Under the pieces are notes generated by a model. It was given only the letters and a program-made list of their open reading frames with translations, had not been told where the DNA came from and did not search any database. From Euglena gracilis (lineage: Eukaryota), in assembly GCA_039621445.1 (NCBI GenBank), contig CP154954.1, positions 15,518,140 to 15,582,139 of the forward strand: a stretch of 64,000 nucleotides of DNA, written 5' to 3'. The translations under genes were made by a program, and so were the position numbers. Below, piece after piece: positions 27,200-39,359 of this stretch (positions within the stretch are counted from its first letter, which is position 1; every line of letters starts with the position of its first letter).

Positions 27200-30100
27200 A
27201 AGTTACAAGCACCATACATTTATACCCCCTGTCCAGGGTATTTTGGCACTGCTTCCAGTGCCGTTATGAATTAATGACTCAAAAGGGCTTTCAGGCCAGA
27301 CCATTCCGGCTGCGCACACTCTGGGAGTGACGTCCTGCTTCTTTTGCCGGCTTGTTGTGTCGTTGTTTTTTGGCGGGTTCTTTCTTACTGCTTTTTGTTG
27401 CCGGAGTTGGCGGATCATAATCGTCCTTCGAGCGCCAAAAAGAGTTTCACAATGCTGTATTTACTATCTGGAGACAAAGCAAAGTGACACCTCGGGCTCC
27501 GCACTTTGCCCTTGTGAGGCCATGCCTTGCTCGCCGGCGAAAAAAGGTCACACACACAAGGTCTTTGTGCTTCGCCCTCGGTGTCCCTTCCTCCCTTGTC
27601 GGTTTTCCTCGAGGGAGCACGAACAGCAGTGCATTGCGCATTTTCTTGCTGCTGTTTGAGAAAAGCGAGAGAGCTGGAGAGTGTGCCTTCAGGCTGGCCG
27701 CGACGTGGACATACGCTGCTGGAAGGCGCCACCGCCGAGACGCAGGGGAAGCAGAAGGCCGCGACAAGCGCTGCGATGGCAGAGGACGACGAGGAGGACG
27801 AGGAGTAGGGGGCGGCGGAGACAACAGCTGAGCGGCTCCCCTGGCAAGAGGATCTGACCCTACTTCCCCAGGAGTTGTCGGCCTGCCTCAAGCAGGCGGC
27901 GGTAGGTACAAGATTACGCTGGAAACACGCCCTGAACGAGTGGCCGAAATTCGAGGACATAAAAACGCGAGCTGAGGACAACAACCACAACCAGGACACC
28001 ACGGCCCCCATTGACAAGACGCTCAAAGGGGTACAACAAAAGGTAATCCATTTGATGAGGATGATGGCCACCAACTACAGTCAAGTGGATGCATTCCCAG
28101 AGGACTATCGAGTCCTCTCCCAGCAACTCTTCTTCGCCATGGCGGAGTTAGAACTAGGCCTTCTATGAGAACGGAAGCATCGAAGTATATCTGGAGCAAA
28201 TGTTCTTTTTCAAAAAAGATCTCCAGGTGGAGAGGACTCAGAGCAGCTGCACAGTGCTGGTATGAACACACCAGTGGGTAGGGTGGAATGGTGGCAATTT
28301 ACCACACCCACAGGAAGCCGAGGCTGGAAATTGAAAGGAGGATTTAAGTGGTTCAAAGGAGGATTCAAGGGTGGAACAGGAGGCTATGGCAGCCAAGTCT
28401 AGAGAAGTCCCTGGACATCCAAAGGGTATGACACACAGTGAAGTCTCATTCTTCCCTCCTGGTCCATTACAGAACAAAGGGCAGAGGGAAGCCCTGACAT
28501 CCAGGCCCCTGGAGGGGGTACAATTCAGCCCCCAGTTTGGGGTGAACAGAAGTCAAGCCACCCTGCTGGGGAAGGAGCAAGATGCTCCTACCCCACGTTC
28601 AACATCAACCAGCCCCAACCAGGAGGCCCAAGGCCCCAACCTGCAGCAGCAGCCAGGGGAGTGGGAGAAAAGGATGCTAAAGATTATCCTGAGTTAGGAA
28701 GATATATGGAAGGGGTCCCGTCTCTTTCAGAGGTTGGGGGGATGTCTCCCCTTGTGGAAAACCCATGCTCACCCCAAAGTGTTGCAAATGGTTCACTTTC
28801 TACCTACCCCAGCAAAAGAACAAGCCAGAAATTTCATTGGCCACACAAATTTTGGAGGATTGACAAAAATTCAAGAGCTATCAGAGTAGTGACAGATCCA
28901 CAAAAAAACACCAAACATCTGGTGACATGGTTTGTGTTGCCCAAACCGGAAGGGGGGGGGTGAAACATCGTGTCATTGCAGACCGAAGGTAACTCAATCT
29001 TTATTGTTCCCCAGACAGGTTTACCCTGGAAAAATATCCACCATTTTTCCCCTCCTCATGCAACGTTGGTATGCTTCAAAGCTGGATCTCAAGGATGCTT
29101 ACTTCCACCTGGACGTTCAAGAAAAGTTCAAACTATTTGTAAGGATGGAGGTAGGAGGAAAACTGTGGGAGTTTCAAGGTGCGTCTTTTGGTCTAGGCAC
29201 TCTCCCAAAACTTTTCATGTCCCTCATGAAAGTACTCCAAAAATTTTGGAGATCAAAGGGGCTCATGGCCTTCGTTTATTTGGACGAACATCATCCTAAG
29301 TGGTTCCTCAGAATGTTGGGTAAAAAAGCAAATGGCCAAAATCTTTGTTCTGCAGGTTTCTAAATAAAGCTCAAGAAATCCATTCTCTCCCCCACTCAAA
29401 AGCTGCAGCACCTGGGGTTCATCATCAATCTGCAGGAGGGGCTTCAGTGGGACAGTCTCCCCCTTTTTTACAAAAGCTTTTACATTGTTTACTGCAACAG
29501 CCAATTCCTTTACATTTATGCGGAGCAAACTTTGCTCCCTCCAAAAATCTTGAATGAACAACTTTTTTGTGCTTTCCACTCCACACCAGGCCCATGTTGA
29601 TGAACTTGAGTGCAGCACATGTTTGGGTATTTTTAAAAAGGGTCGACCTGCCGCTGGCACCAGAAAATCTTTTAGGTTCTTGATTTCCATTTTCAGCTGG
29701 GGGGTATTGGTACTGGACTCATGGCGGTGTTTAACTTGCTCAGTTTTAGTAATTCTTGTGTGACCAGCCTGAAAAAAGGACGGGCAGGGGTGTATGATCG
29801 CATATGCCCTACGACTTTCCTTAGTTCCTTTCTGATGATTATCAATTTTCCGGCAGACACCTGAACGTGGACAATCAGGTATCACTCATCTGCCTGCAGA
29901 AATGGGAATGAAGGAAAGAGCACCTAAACAGAATTTTACACCCCCTTTCAAGTGGTTCTTGGAAAACAAACTTGAACTCCAAGTCCCAGTGGGTCCCCTC
30001 AGAAAAAATGGTGGCAGACCTCCTTGACAAGGTGCTCACAAGACAGGGGGGATTATACCCTAAACCCCATTATCTTTCAGAAAAATTGCAGATTTTTTCA

Positions 30101-30727
30101 AGAACACATCACCCCCTCAGTGGAAATGTTTGCATCCACAGAACACACTAAGTTCTCAAAATTTTGCTCCAGATGCACCCACCACCAGGCCTTTCTGCTG
30201 GATGATCTGAACTGCAACCTGGATGGGGTGCGGGAGGTGTATGCAAACCCCCCCTGGAAGGCCATAATGCCCTGGATCACCAAACTTTCCATGAACAAAC
30301 AGGTAAAATGTCCTTTAATAACCCACATGTGGGTTTCAAGTGCAGTGGATCCTATTAACAAAAATGTCCAAACCTGGGGTGAAAATGTTAGTGGTTCCTC
30401 CCTGCCAAGGGAAGTTCACAAACTGTTTGGGGGTAATCAATGCCTGGGCCAAAATAGTCCCTGGCCTGCAGCATTGTTTCAGGTTCCGTTTTGAACAGCA
30501 AAAAAATGTGAAATTCACAAATTGACATTATCTTAAAAAGTACCTCCACATTAATGAGGTATGTCAGAGCCCTCAGAAAATTGTACGTGCTGCTGCAGGA
30601 AAAGGGTCTGGACCCCCTGCAAGTAACCACTTTGGACATTGTGTCCAGCATCCTGGAGCTGCACAAGATGTCGAGTGCTGAGGCCAGAAACGCTTTTTTT
30701 GCTGTCACATCTCTCCCTGGTTTCTAC
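27200..30727 (+). mobile_element. Decayed DIRS-like (tyrosine-recombinase) retrotransposon
   Basis: Gag-like region ~27650-28400; RT LDLKDAYFH...FGLGTLPKLF...VYLDE (29040-29290); RNase H motifs (INVKEL on the minus strand; VDNQV and ADLL on the plus strand); MTase EMFAS...YANPPW (30050-30350); helical region like a recombinase N-terminus (30530-30725), then truncated. Many frameshifts; 5' end approximate. Confidence 0.88.
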
Positions 30728-31655
30728 CATGTCGGGCGGTGGGCTGTCCACGGGGTGACGCTAGTCCAGGCGTCTGGCGGAGAAGGACAGAGAGAGGAAG
30801 CACGGTGACGGTGAGTGACCCCCGTCACGGAAGTCCGACTCCACGGAGGCGCCGCGGAGGAGAGGCAGGGCGGCGTTGTTGGCCAGGATGAGGTCGATCC
30901 AGGGGGCAGCCACCTGGCCGGACAGCTGCGGGGAGTGGAAGGTCACCGGGAGGGGCTCGGGAAGGAGTGCTGCATGGGCATTAGTCCACGGGGCTCCGGC
31001 ACCCGTGAGGTTGGCCAGCAGGGGGCAGGTGGTACGCTGGCGACCGCTGCGACTGCTGTAATCTCGGGAGGGCAGCACGGAGCCGTTCCAGTCCCCCAGC
31101 AGCAGTGTGGGTACCTGCATGTCGATGGATTGGGAGAGTTCGCGGAAGGCGAGGTCGAAGCTGACGTGCTCCCCACCGCCTGCCTACGAGTTCGTGAAGG
31201 TGGTGCACCTTCGTGGCACTCTCGCCGAGCTGCACTGGCTGGAGCGCCAGACTGCCCGCCCGCCCTCCACCGTCCCATGGCCCTGGCCATGGGTCCGCTT
31301 GCTGGATTACCTCGCCGCCCGCGGGGTCCATCTCCCCCGTACGACCGTCCCTGCCCTCCACAGCGCCATCTCTGCAGCGTCCGCCTCCCGCCGCTCCGCC
31401 CTGGACAGCGCCCTCCAATCCCACCGCCGCGCCCGCCATACCCGGTGGCGGGACGCTCTCCCCCAGCTGTGGCATGAGCGCCCCGCAGTGATCTTCCGCT
31501 GGCTCAAAGCGGAAGCACCTCCCTTTGGCGCTCGGCCAATCCTCGACGCCTCCGGCTACCATTGCATGACCCATGCCGCCGTCCTTCTGGGTGGATAGTG
31601 TACTATGGCCCTGCGGCACCACCCTCTGTCCTCGGCTGACGCGGTACACTTCCTG
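30728..31655. mobile_element. APE-type LINE fragment with inverted 5' part
   Basis: Minus strand 31120-30761 reads LLLGDWN...IDLILAN (APE endonuclease motifs); plus strand 31125-31650 reads an ORF2-like linker (RWRDALPQLWHERPAVIFRWL). Confidence 0.75.
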
Positions 31656-32227
31656 GAGCTGGGGTATCCACGGCCAGCCAGATACCGGCGAGACCCCCTC
31701 CTCCTCTTTTTTCCACCAGCCACCAGCCAGACCTCCTCCTCCCCATTTCGCCCATCCACCAGCCAAGGATAGCCGTGGCTGGCCGCAGCTGGGGATCCTC
31801 CCCCTTTTTTGTGCCTACCGGAGAGTGCCAAAAATAAAAGTAAGGCAAAAGTCACCACGGCGCCACCTCGGTGTTTATTATTACGCTCGACGGCTGCGCT
31901 CGCCAGGTTTAATCGCAGCATCCATGCCGGCGGATGTGTCAACGGCGAACAGAAGGAACCGCGGTCATTGGTACTGGAAGTGCTTCTCTGCCGGGATAAC
32001 ACAGTAAGACGAGACTATTTTCACGTTGGACAAACATTTTTAGGAACTTATTTCACGGCAGCACCATGACCACGCCGGAAGAAGGCGAGCAGAGAAAAAA
32101 CAACCGGGCGGCACAGAAAAGCCCCCCAAACAACACAACTTATGCCAAAAAAAACACAAACAAAACGCCTTTCCAACAGAATCCCAAAGAAGTCCTTCCT
32201 GAGAGAAGCCTGTGGCCCAAAACTGGC

Positions 32228-32405
32228 CATCTATCTGCTTTGCGGACGATGCCGCCCTCATCGGCGGCTACCGGGAGGAGCTCGCCGCGCTGGTGTCCGC
32301 CTATCTCGAGTGGAGCACCCTGCTGGGGGTCGAGGTGACCAAATCCAGGTGTGGACTTCCCTGGGGGATGGCACGCCCTTCCAGGCAGGCTCGTTCTCCA
32401 CAGCT
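32228..32405 (+). pseudogene. Non-LTR reverse transcriptase fragment
   Basis: ICFADDAALIG...YLEWSTLLGVEV, an FADD catalytic motif followed by the GxxV segment. Confidence 0.7.
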
Positions 32406-32409
32406 TCCC

Positions 32410-32552
32410 TGCCACCACATCTGGCCCAAAACTGGCCACCACATCTGTCCCAAAACTAGCCACCACATCTGTCCCAAAACTGGCCATGAGCTGTGGCCCA
32501 AAACTGGCCACTACATCTGGCCCAAAACTGGCCACCACATCTGGCCCAAAAT
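32410..32552. repeat. 24-bp tandem repeat (TGGCCCAAAACTGGCCACCACATC), about 6 copies
   Basis: Directly visible; one further copy at ~32213 before the RT fragment. Confidence 0.9.
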
Positions 32553-33229
32553 GGCAACAAGATGTAAATCAAACCAATGAAAAGAAAATCAGAATGAACC
32601 AGAATACCATGACATTGCAAAAAAAAGTGAAATGCAAGATTTTGGGGCCCAAAATTTGCATTTCACTTTTTTTGCAAAATTTGGGCCGTTTGCCAGATTG
32701 AAAAACTTTTTCCCCAAATTTTGGTTTCCTTGGGCAATAAAATTTGTTGAACAAGAAGTAAAGAAAGCAAGAAACAAAAATAAGCCAGCATCTAGGGATA
32801 CAATGTCTGTGAAATCTGCCTTCAGACTTGAAACTTGTAATCCCACAGCCAGTAGCTTAAAAAGTAGCCTCACCAAGGGCCTGTCACCATGTTGCTGGAT
32901 CGAGTGTGGATTTTTTCAGAGCAAAGGCCTGAGTGGACTGTATGTGGTGATACTAAGCCTCTTTCCACAACACAATAAGTTCCAATACGTTCCTGTATTT
33001 CCACTTCATTTCAGCACCCTGTGCTTTCATCACAATTGTCCCACACCGCTTCCACTCGAAATGGCATTGCGACACTGAAGGAGGCGAACCGATTCCACCG
33101 ACCAGTGGCACAGCCTACTGGATTTGAGTGTTCAGGGGAGTCGGAGACTATGTACAGATGCGGCAACCCCATGGAAAGACCGAGGTGACATGTCTGCGAG
33201 AGGACAACGGGCGAGAACCATCTTCCATG

Positions 33230-36200
33230 CAAGGCGCGGGGGGAGGGCAGGGCGGTGCTTCACAGTGTCTGGATTGGTCGTCAGCGGGAGTGGGAGAGGG
33301 GGGCGGGCGGTTGGTTGTTGTCTTTCTTTCTTCTCTTCTTTCTTTCTCTCGTCTTCGTTTCTTCTTCTCTTTTTTTGTTTTGTTTTGTTTTAACGCATTA
33401 GGTGCTTGGGTTGTAGGAGGTGGAAAACCTCACGTAGCAGGGCGATGGCTACGTTCTGGTAGATTTCCGCCTCCTTGACTTCGCGCTCAGCGCCCTGTTG
33501 CCAGGGTGAGGCACGGTTGGCCACTCTGCTCAGTGTCTTGGCCGTTTCGGGACCCATGCCGCCCCATGTCCCTAGGGCGAACAGCGTGAAGCCCCACCCT
33601 GCTTGCTTGCAGGGGATGGTGTATTTCTGCTTTTTGGCCTCCTCCCTTCTCTTCAGGAAGGGTCTCCAGCGTTCGCGGGTTGCAGTGTGTTCTGTGGCCT
33701 GCCAGCCGTGGCAGACGGTGACGTCCAGAGCTGTTGGCTTCCCCTCAGACCAGCAGTCAAGTAGGAGGTCCGCCGGGCGGAGGTGACTGTCTCGGGCCGT
33801 CGGCAGAGAAACTTCCTTCTGCACCCGCTGACCGCTGTTGGACAAGGTTTGAAATAGTGCGTCCTGTACAGTGTTGTGGCGGGTTGCGAAGTTGTTCCTC
33901 CGGCAGCAGAGGAGGTGGTCACCCTCCCTGTCCAGGGGTTGGCCGCAGCCTGTGCACGGTTGGCTGATGTCCGTCAACACCGGGAGGCCCAACCACCATT
34001 TTAGTCCCAGGGTATAGACTTCACTGGAGAAGGTGGTGTGAGAGTTGTTCGAGGGGGCGGCCGCCATCCAGCCGTGTTCAAAACCCGTGGCCTGTTCGAG
34101 CAAGCGGTTCTGGTCCCGGGGCCGTGCCTGGTCCACCAGGTCGTCCATTTCCTTTTTGTCCAGCTCATGGTTCCACCACTTTTGTTTCCGAGGTTCTTCG
34201 TCCGCGGACGCGATTCATTGTGGATTGTTCAGGAAGGTGGTCACGGTGGCATGGTTGGCTCCGAGCCTGCCCCTGAGGTCATCTAATACGGGCGTGACAA
34301 GGGATAGCTGCGGGCTGACTGCGTAGTCGGGCACTCCCACCCGCCGGGCCCCGTCTGAGTAGAAGTCTGCGAGGCAGGAAATCCTTGCCGCGGGTTGAGT
34401 GTACGACGGTATGCGGAGGCTGCAGCCGCCACTGGACAGGGGCAGCGAGGCCTGTGTCCGCTGTTGCGAGTTTAGCGCCGTGCCCAGTACGTCCTCGAAG
34501 GCGTTCAGGATCACTTCCGAGCAGCTTCTCACCTGGTCTTGGCTGCCATAGGAGTTGGACGCACGTAGGAGGTGCTTCACCTTGCAGCCGTCCAGGCAGC
34601 CCCGAAGCAGATGATGCGCTACCTGGGCGTCGGTCAGGGAAGTCATTGTGGAAGCAGCCTTCTCGATTTTGGCGGCCGCGTCTTCACACGCAGTCTTGGT
34701 GGCGTCTGAAAATGCTGGGTGGTTAACTGGGATACCGAGGATAGTAATGCCTTCCCCTGGTGTCCAAGGGACAACTTGCAATCTGTCGCAGCTGGGTGTA
34801 CTCTTTGCTCGCGGGCCCCACATGACGCATTTTTGCAGGTTCAGGCCAAGACCTACCCGGTGGGACTCTTGCAGCAGGAATCGTAGACAGTGTTCAATCA
34901 TGTCCGGGGTGCCGACCAATTGGCCGTCGTCCAGGTACCAGCTGTTCCCCAGTAGCTGGCCGTCCCTCGTAATCTGTTCTAGTAGGGGCTGTAGCGCCAG
35001 GGCAAACCCAATGGGGCCCAGAGGACAGCCTTGGTGTGTCCCCCTTTGTGATAGGATTGACCGGCCGCCGCAAAAGAGGGGTACAGGTCCGCTGTAGGCA
35101 AACCTCAGAAAATTGAACAGGCTGGGGGTGCGTGTCTCAGCCTCTGTGAGGATCGCTCCGCGGTCCACTGTGTTAAAAGCGTTGGAGTAATCCACCTGGA
35201 GTGATACCCAGGGCGAGGTGTCCCCCAGCCGACTGACGAGGTGTTGCATGCCAGGGCGACGGCTTCAGCCGCGTTTCGTACCCCTACTTCGACCTGTGTG
35301 GGGCGAGTGTTGCGACCTCCGATCGTGCATTTGGCGTCTGGAGCAGCGCCTTTCCGACCAGGCGTCGAATGGTCTCCCCCACCGCCACCGGCCGCACCCC
35401 GTTGTCCTTCTTGTGAAGGGGTGTCAGGTTTGCGCAGCACCAGGCCGCAGGGTGGTGCGGAGGTAGCTGGCCGTGAACCCAGACCTGGGTCAGCCGTGCA
35501 AGGGCTGTGATCAGCTTCGCTCCCCGGCCCGGTCTACGCAGACAGTCTTGGAGGTGGCTGGGCCGTAAACCTGACGGTCCTGGTTCGGAACCGCGCGGAA
35601 GCGGCAGATGGCGTCCTTCAGTCTGTCCACCCATTCCGGGTTGTGGTTCTCTGGGAATGGTCGCACTTGCCGTGGGTGGCGGTTGGTATCGACATTTCTG
35701 CCGTCAGGATGCAACTTCTCCAGGGCGGCCCAGCCCTCCGGGTAGTCCGGCTGATGTGCGCCCTCGGAGAGCAGTATCTAGACCGCCTTGGCGGACGCCC
35801 CTTCGCCGGTGAGGGTGCGTACAAGTCTCATCATTGCCTCACTGAGGGCGGACGGCTGAGGTCTGGAGCGCTTCTCCGCCCTGGTTTCCAAGATAGAGTG
35901 TCGTGTCAGCGTGTCCTTCAGTGCCTCCGACAGGAGGGTGGCGTAATATTCCTCGCGGAAAAGTTTGGTGCGCCTCAGCAGGATGGACTTCAGCTCAGCT
36001 GCCGGTGGCGGCGTAGTGGTTGCTGCTGGTCGCAGGACGAGCTTTGGGAAGGAGATTACCCTGAACAATGCTGCGTCTGAGGGTGCGTCGGCATAGGTAT
36101 TGATGGCATCAGCCAGGGTGTCGAAGACAGGTTGTTGGCAGGCCGCAGGTAGGTGAAGGAGGGTCGGGATTTTTTGCTGTTGGACGTGGGTGATGTCGCA

Positions 36201-38000
36201 AGCGGGGGTGCCCACGACGAGGATGTGCGCGGACTGTCCTCTGAGACTGGACTCCTGCCCCGCGCTGTCGATGACCACTGCGGCGTCGCGTTCTGGGTGA
36301 GCAAGGTCCAACAACAGGTCCTGGTACCGTGAAGTTGCCACATCCGGTGCGGCACGGGGTGACGCGGTGGCTGGTCTGGGGTTCTCCTTCACGTCCCCAC
36401 ATGTGAGGAGGCTTCCACGTCCGCGGTTTGCCCCTCTTGTGCGGACGTCACCTGTGGGTGGACTGCGGCGGCAATGCCTACCCAGCCCGACGTTCGGGGA
36501 GTGCGTGTTGTGCCTGCACTACCCCCCGCCCGAGGAACCGGATGACGCCACAGTATCACCGTCCACGCCCCGCCCAAATCCCGTATATCAGGGCCACGGA
36601 TCTGCCGCCCCCCGAGGAATGGGTCGCCCTTGACTGCGCCAAAGGATCCTTCCGGCTCGTTCCGTTCGCCTCACGCCTCTTCCTAATGCGCAACGGGCAC
36701 CTGTGGGACATTCGCCTACCGCCACCAGAGCAGTGCCCACATTGTGGCCAAAATCACTGGCCGTGAGATTGCCACACCCTCATCCGCCTGATTGGCCCGC
36801 TCCAACGTGCCCAATCAGGCCCGCCTGCTTTTCAGAATACGAGTGGGGTAAGCCCCAAAACCCCCTGCCAGGGTAGAGGAGATCTGCTCTCTAGCGGAGA
36901 CGTCCTCAGTCACCCTCGGCCAGCACAACACTCCAAACCAGGCATTCCCCATGTGGACCATGAAGGTGGTTCCAAAAGGAGCTTCCCCTGGGCGCGATAT
37001 AATGGAGTTCCAGTCGGCAATTGAAACGCGGTTCCTGCCATCAGCAGGAGATGTTGCAGTTCTGGCCGCGCGGATGGACACAGGAGAAGGACATGTCCCC
37101 CTTCTGTCTTGTGTTTGTTCAGAATCTTGGGTATCAGGTGCCACGGCGGGTTCATCCACACCGGGTCTTTCCGATTCCAGTCCTGTTGCAGCGCATCTGT
37201 GCTCATGTCCCAGTAGCGAGGGTAATGTGTGTTGTGTGCTGCCGCGAAGGCGTCAATCTCGGGTTCCAGTTCTGGGCTCAGCCTTTGGACAACTTTCCGT
37301 TGCCATGGGGCGTCCAGCATGTAGTCTCCGTCAACCGAAGGGAGTCTGGCCCCGGATCCTCCTCCACACAGCCCCCTGCGGTTGCCGTCCCCCGTCCAAG
37401 CGACTCAAAATCCTCCGCTTCCTTTAGGAACTGTGTTGTGCATACGAAATAGTGTTGATCCAGTGTTTTGGTTTGCTGAGCAGTAGGCGATGGCAGAGTC
37501 CACAACGCACCCTGAAGTGCCCGATCGTACGGTCTTTTTGGAAGAGGAAACGTTGTTCCCGATTGCACCATATCGTGAAGCGTGAGAGTTCCTTCCGTCT
37601 TTTCCTGAGATGGAAAAGCACCGTTTTAGGTGGTTCCGCCCTTCCTTGTATTCTCTTGGTTCGCCTCTCTGGGGGGGTTGCCTCTGGGGTGCGCGCACTG
37701 GCGGGATACTCTTCACCGGTCTATGAGTCCGTCTACTGCCAGTAGGAGGGTGAGAGGAGCTGACCGCCAAAACCGATGGGGATGCTAATGTGGAGAGGGT
37801 CAGCCCACTTCCTGGGAAAATATTTCCATAGGGGGGGGAGGGTTAGCGTTCGGTTCGGCGCGATTCTTCTTTTCGGCCTGGTGGTGGTTGGCCGGTGGCC
37901 TTCTTCCGGGGGGGGGGGGGGCGGTGTGCACTGTGTGCCCATTTCCCTGAGGTCTGTCACTGTGGGGCTTTGTGGTGGTGGTTTGGGCCTTGGGTGTCCC
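33230..38000 (-). mobile_element. CRE/SLACS-like non-LTR retrotransposon (RT plus restriction-like endonuclease), frameshifted
   Basis: LTPLHKKDNGVRPVAVGETIRRLVGK; DYSNAFN; GTHQGCPLGP; WYLDDG; CTGC...DHLLCC; RHN; LRPAD; ALDVT; K..KY; GTWGGMG; stop at 33390. The 5' limit is approximate. Confidence 0.92.
36910..37330 (-). pseudogene. N6-adenine DNA methyltransferase domain (DIRS/phage Dam-like)
   Basis: DYML...EIDAFAAAHN...YW...DALQQDW...VWMNPPWHLIPKILNK...VLLLCP; motif order parallels the DIRS MTase at 30050-30350. Confidence 0.82.
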
Positions 38001-38319
38001 CACGTCGGGTGGGCTGTGGTGGCGGCTTGATATATGCTGGGGTCTCCCTGGTACCCCCCTGTGGGTGGTCTCTGTGAGCAACCTCTTGGGCTGCCCCCGC
38101 CCCCCGAGGATTAAGATCCCCGGTACGGGTGCTGGTGGGAGGGGTGGGGGTTGGAAGGGCTTTGGGGAACATTTGGAGAACTTCAAATCCAAACATCTCC
38201 CCATGTGTTCCCACTTCTGTTTTTTTTCTGTGAGTTTTTGCCTTAAAATGTCCCCCAGGGGTCTGACCCATGGTGTTGACCATCGTTTTTGTCTTAATTT
38301 TCAAAAAAATTCCAGTGTC

Positions 38320-39140
38320 CCCTTTTGGGGGCTTCCCTCTCTGGAGGGGGGGGGGGGCTCCTGGGAACCAACTGTGAAATCAGCTGACTTCATGATTTCA
38401 TCCCCCAGGGTGTTGTAAGTGGGGGTTGGAAGTTTGAAGATGGAACTTTTTTGGTGCTTACTGATGGGGTGTTTTTTTAATTTGGGAGCAAGGCAAACAG
38501 ATACCACTGTGGAGAGAATATGGGCTAGGCTTGTTCCAGTTACTCCCAGATCTTCAGTCACTTCTGCAGCAAAACATTCAGGGCCTGCAAGGTCTGCAGC
38601 AATTGCTGCTCCTCTTGTTGATTCTGGTTGCTGTGATTCTGTTTGCTTTGAAAAAAACTGTTCCAGATTTGCTGAGTGGGGCAAGGTGTGGTATATCATT
38701 GGCAGGGGGGGGGCACACTTGAGGTGCTTGTGGATTTCTGCTTGGGTTGGGATTCGAACCTGAGCTTGGGGCCACTGGTGCCCATTGATTCATGACCATT
38801 GTTGGTCTTGATTCAGGGGCCTGGGCCCATTGATGCTGGGGCCCTGGGGCCACTATGCTGCTGGATGCTGCTGCTGTGTGCAGGACATTCGGACGTCTCC
38901 TTTGCCAGGGTTGTACATGCTTGTCACCCCAGCGCTGCTTCAGCCAGTCTTCATGGCTTTGACTTTCTTGCCAACTTCTGGCTCTCTTCTCAGCTGGTCT
39001 GGGTCTGGGTGGCGGTGTCGGGTCAGTCTGCAGTTTGGCAACTACTACTGCGGCGGTCAGGGCGGGAAGCAACTCGTCTAACAACTTCTTCTGCATGTCG
39101 GGGACTTCGGGACTGCTGGCAGTGGGCTTGTTCCCGACAC
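38320..39140 (-). pseudogene. ORF-like remnant inside the TIR element, unknown product
   Basis: CTCCTTCAG acceptor at ~39141, then overlapping ORFs 39096-38578 and 38699-38301; no recognisable motif. Confidence 0.3.
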
Positions 39141-39359
39141 TGAAGGAGAAGGATTAGGAACGCAAGCAATTTTTTTTGTATATGGGTGAATCATAATTTT
39201 TTGATAAATTACATCGCGGCCAGCCAGACCAGCCTCAAAGCTGAATCAAGCCAAACCTCCTCCTCCTCTAAAACCCCTCAGCCAGCCGTGGCTGGTCATG
39301 GCTGGCCAGACGTCCTCCTTTTTTTTGCCACTTAGCCAGCCGCGGCTAGCCGAGCTCCC

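Larger units (their letters stand above)
31655..39358. mobile_element. ~7.7 kb TIR DNA element carrying nested insertions
   Basis: Left end GGAGCTGGGGTATCCACGGCCAGC resembles the reverse complement of the right end, GGAGCTCGGCTAGCCGCGGCTGGC; CAGCCAG/CCTCCTCC subterminal repeats at both ends; TSD unclear. Confidence 0.6.

Noticed and set aside
33100-33390. Spliced-leader RNA gene as the CRE target site
   Set aside because: No spliced-leader-like sequence, poly(A) tail or TSD was recognised at the element's 3' flank.
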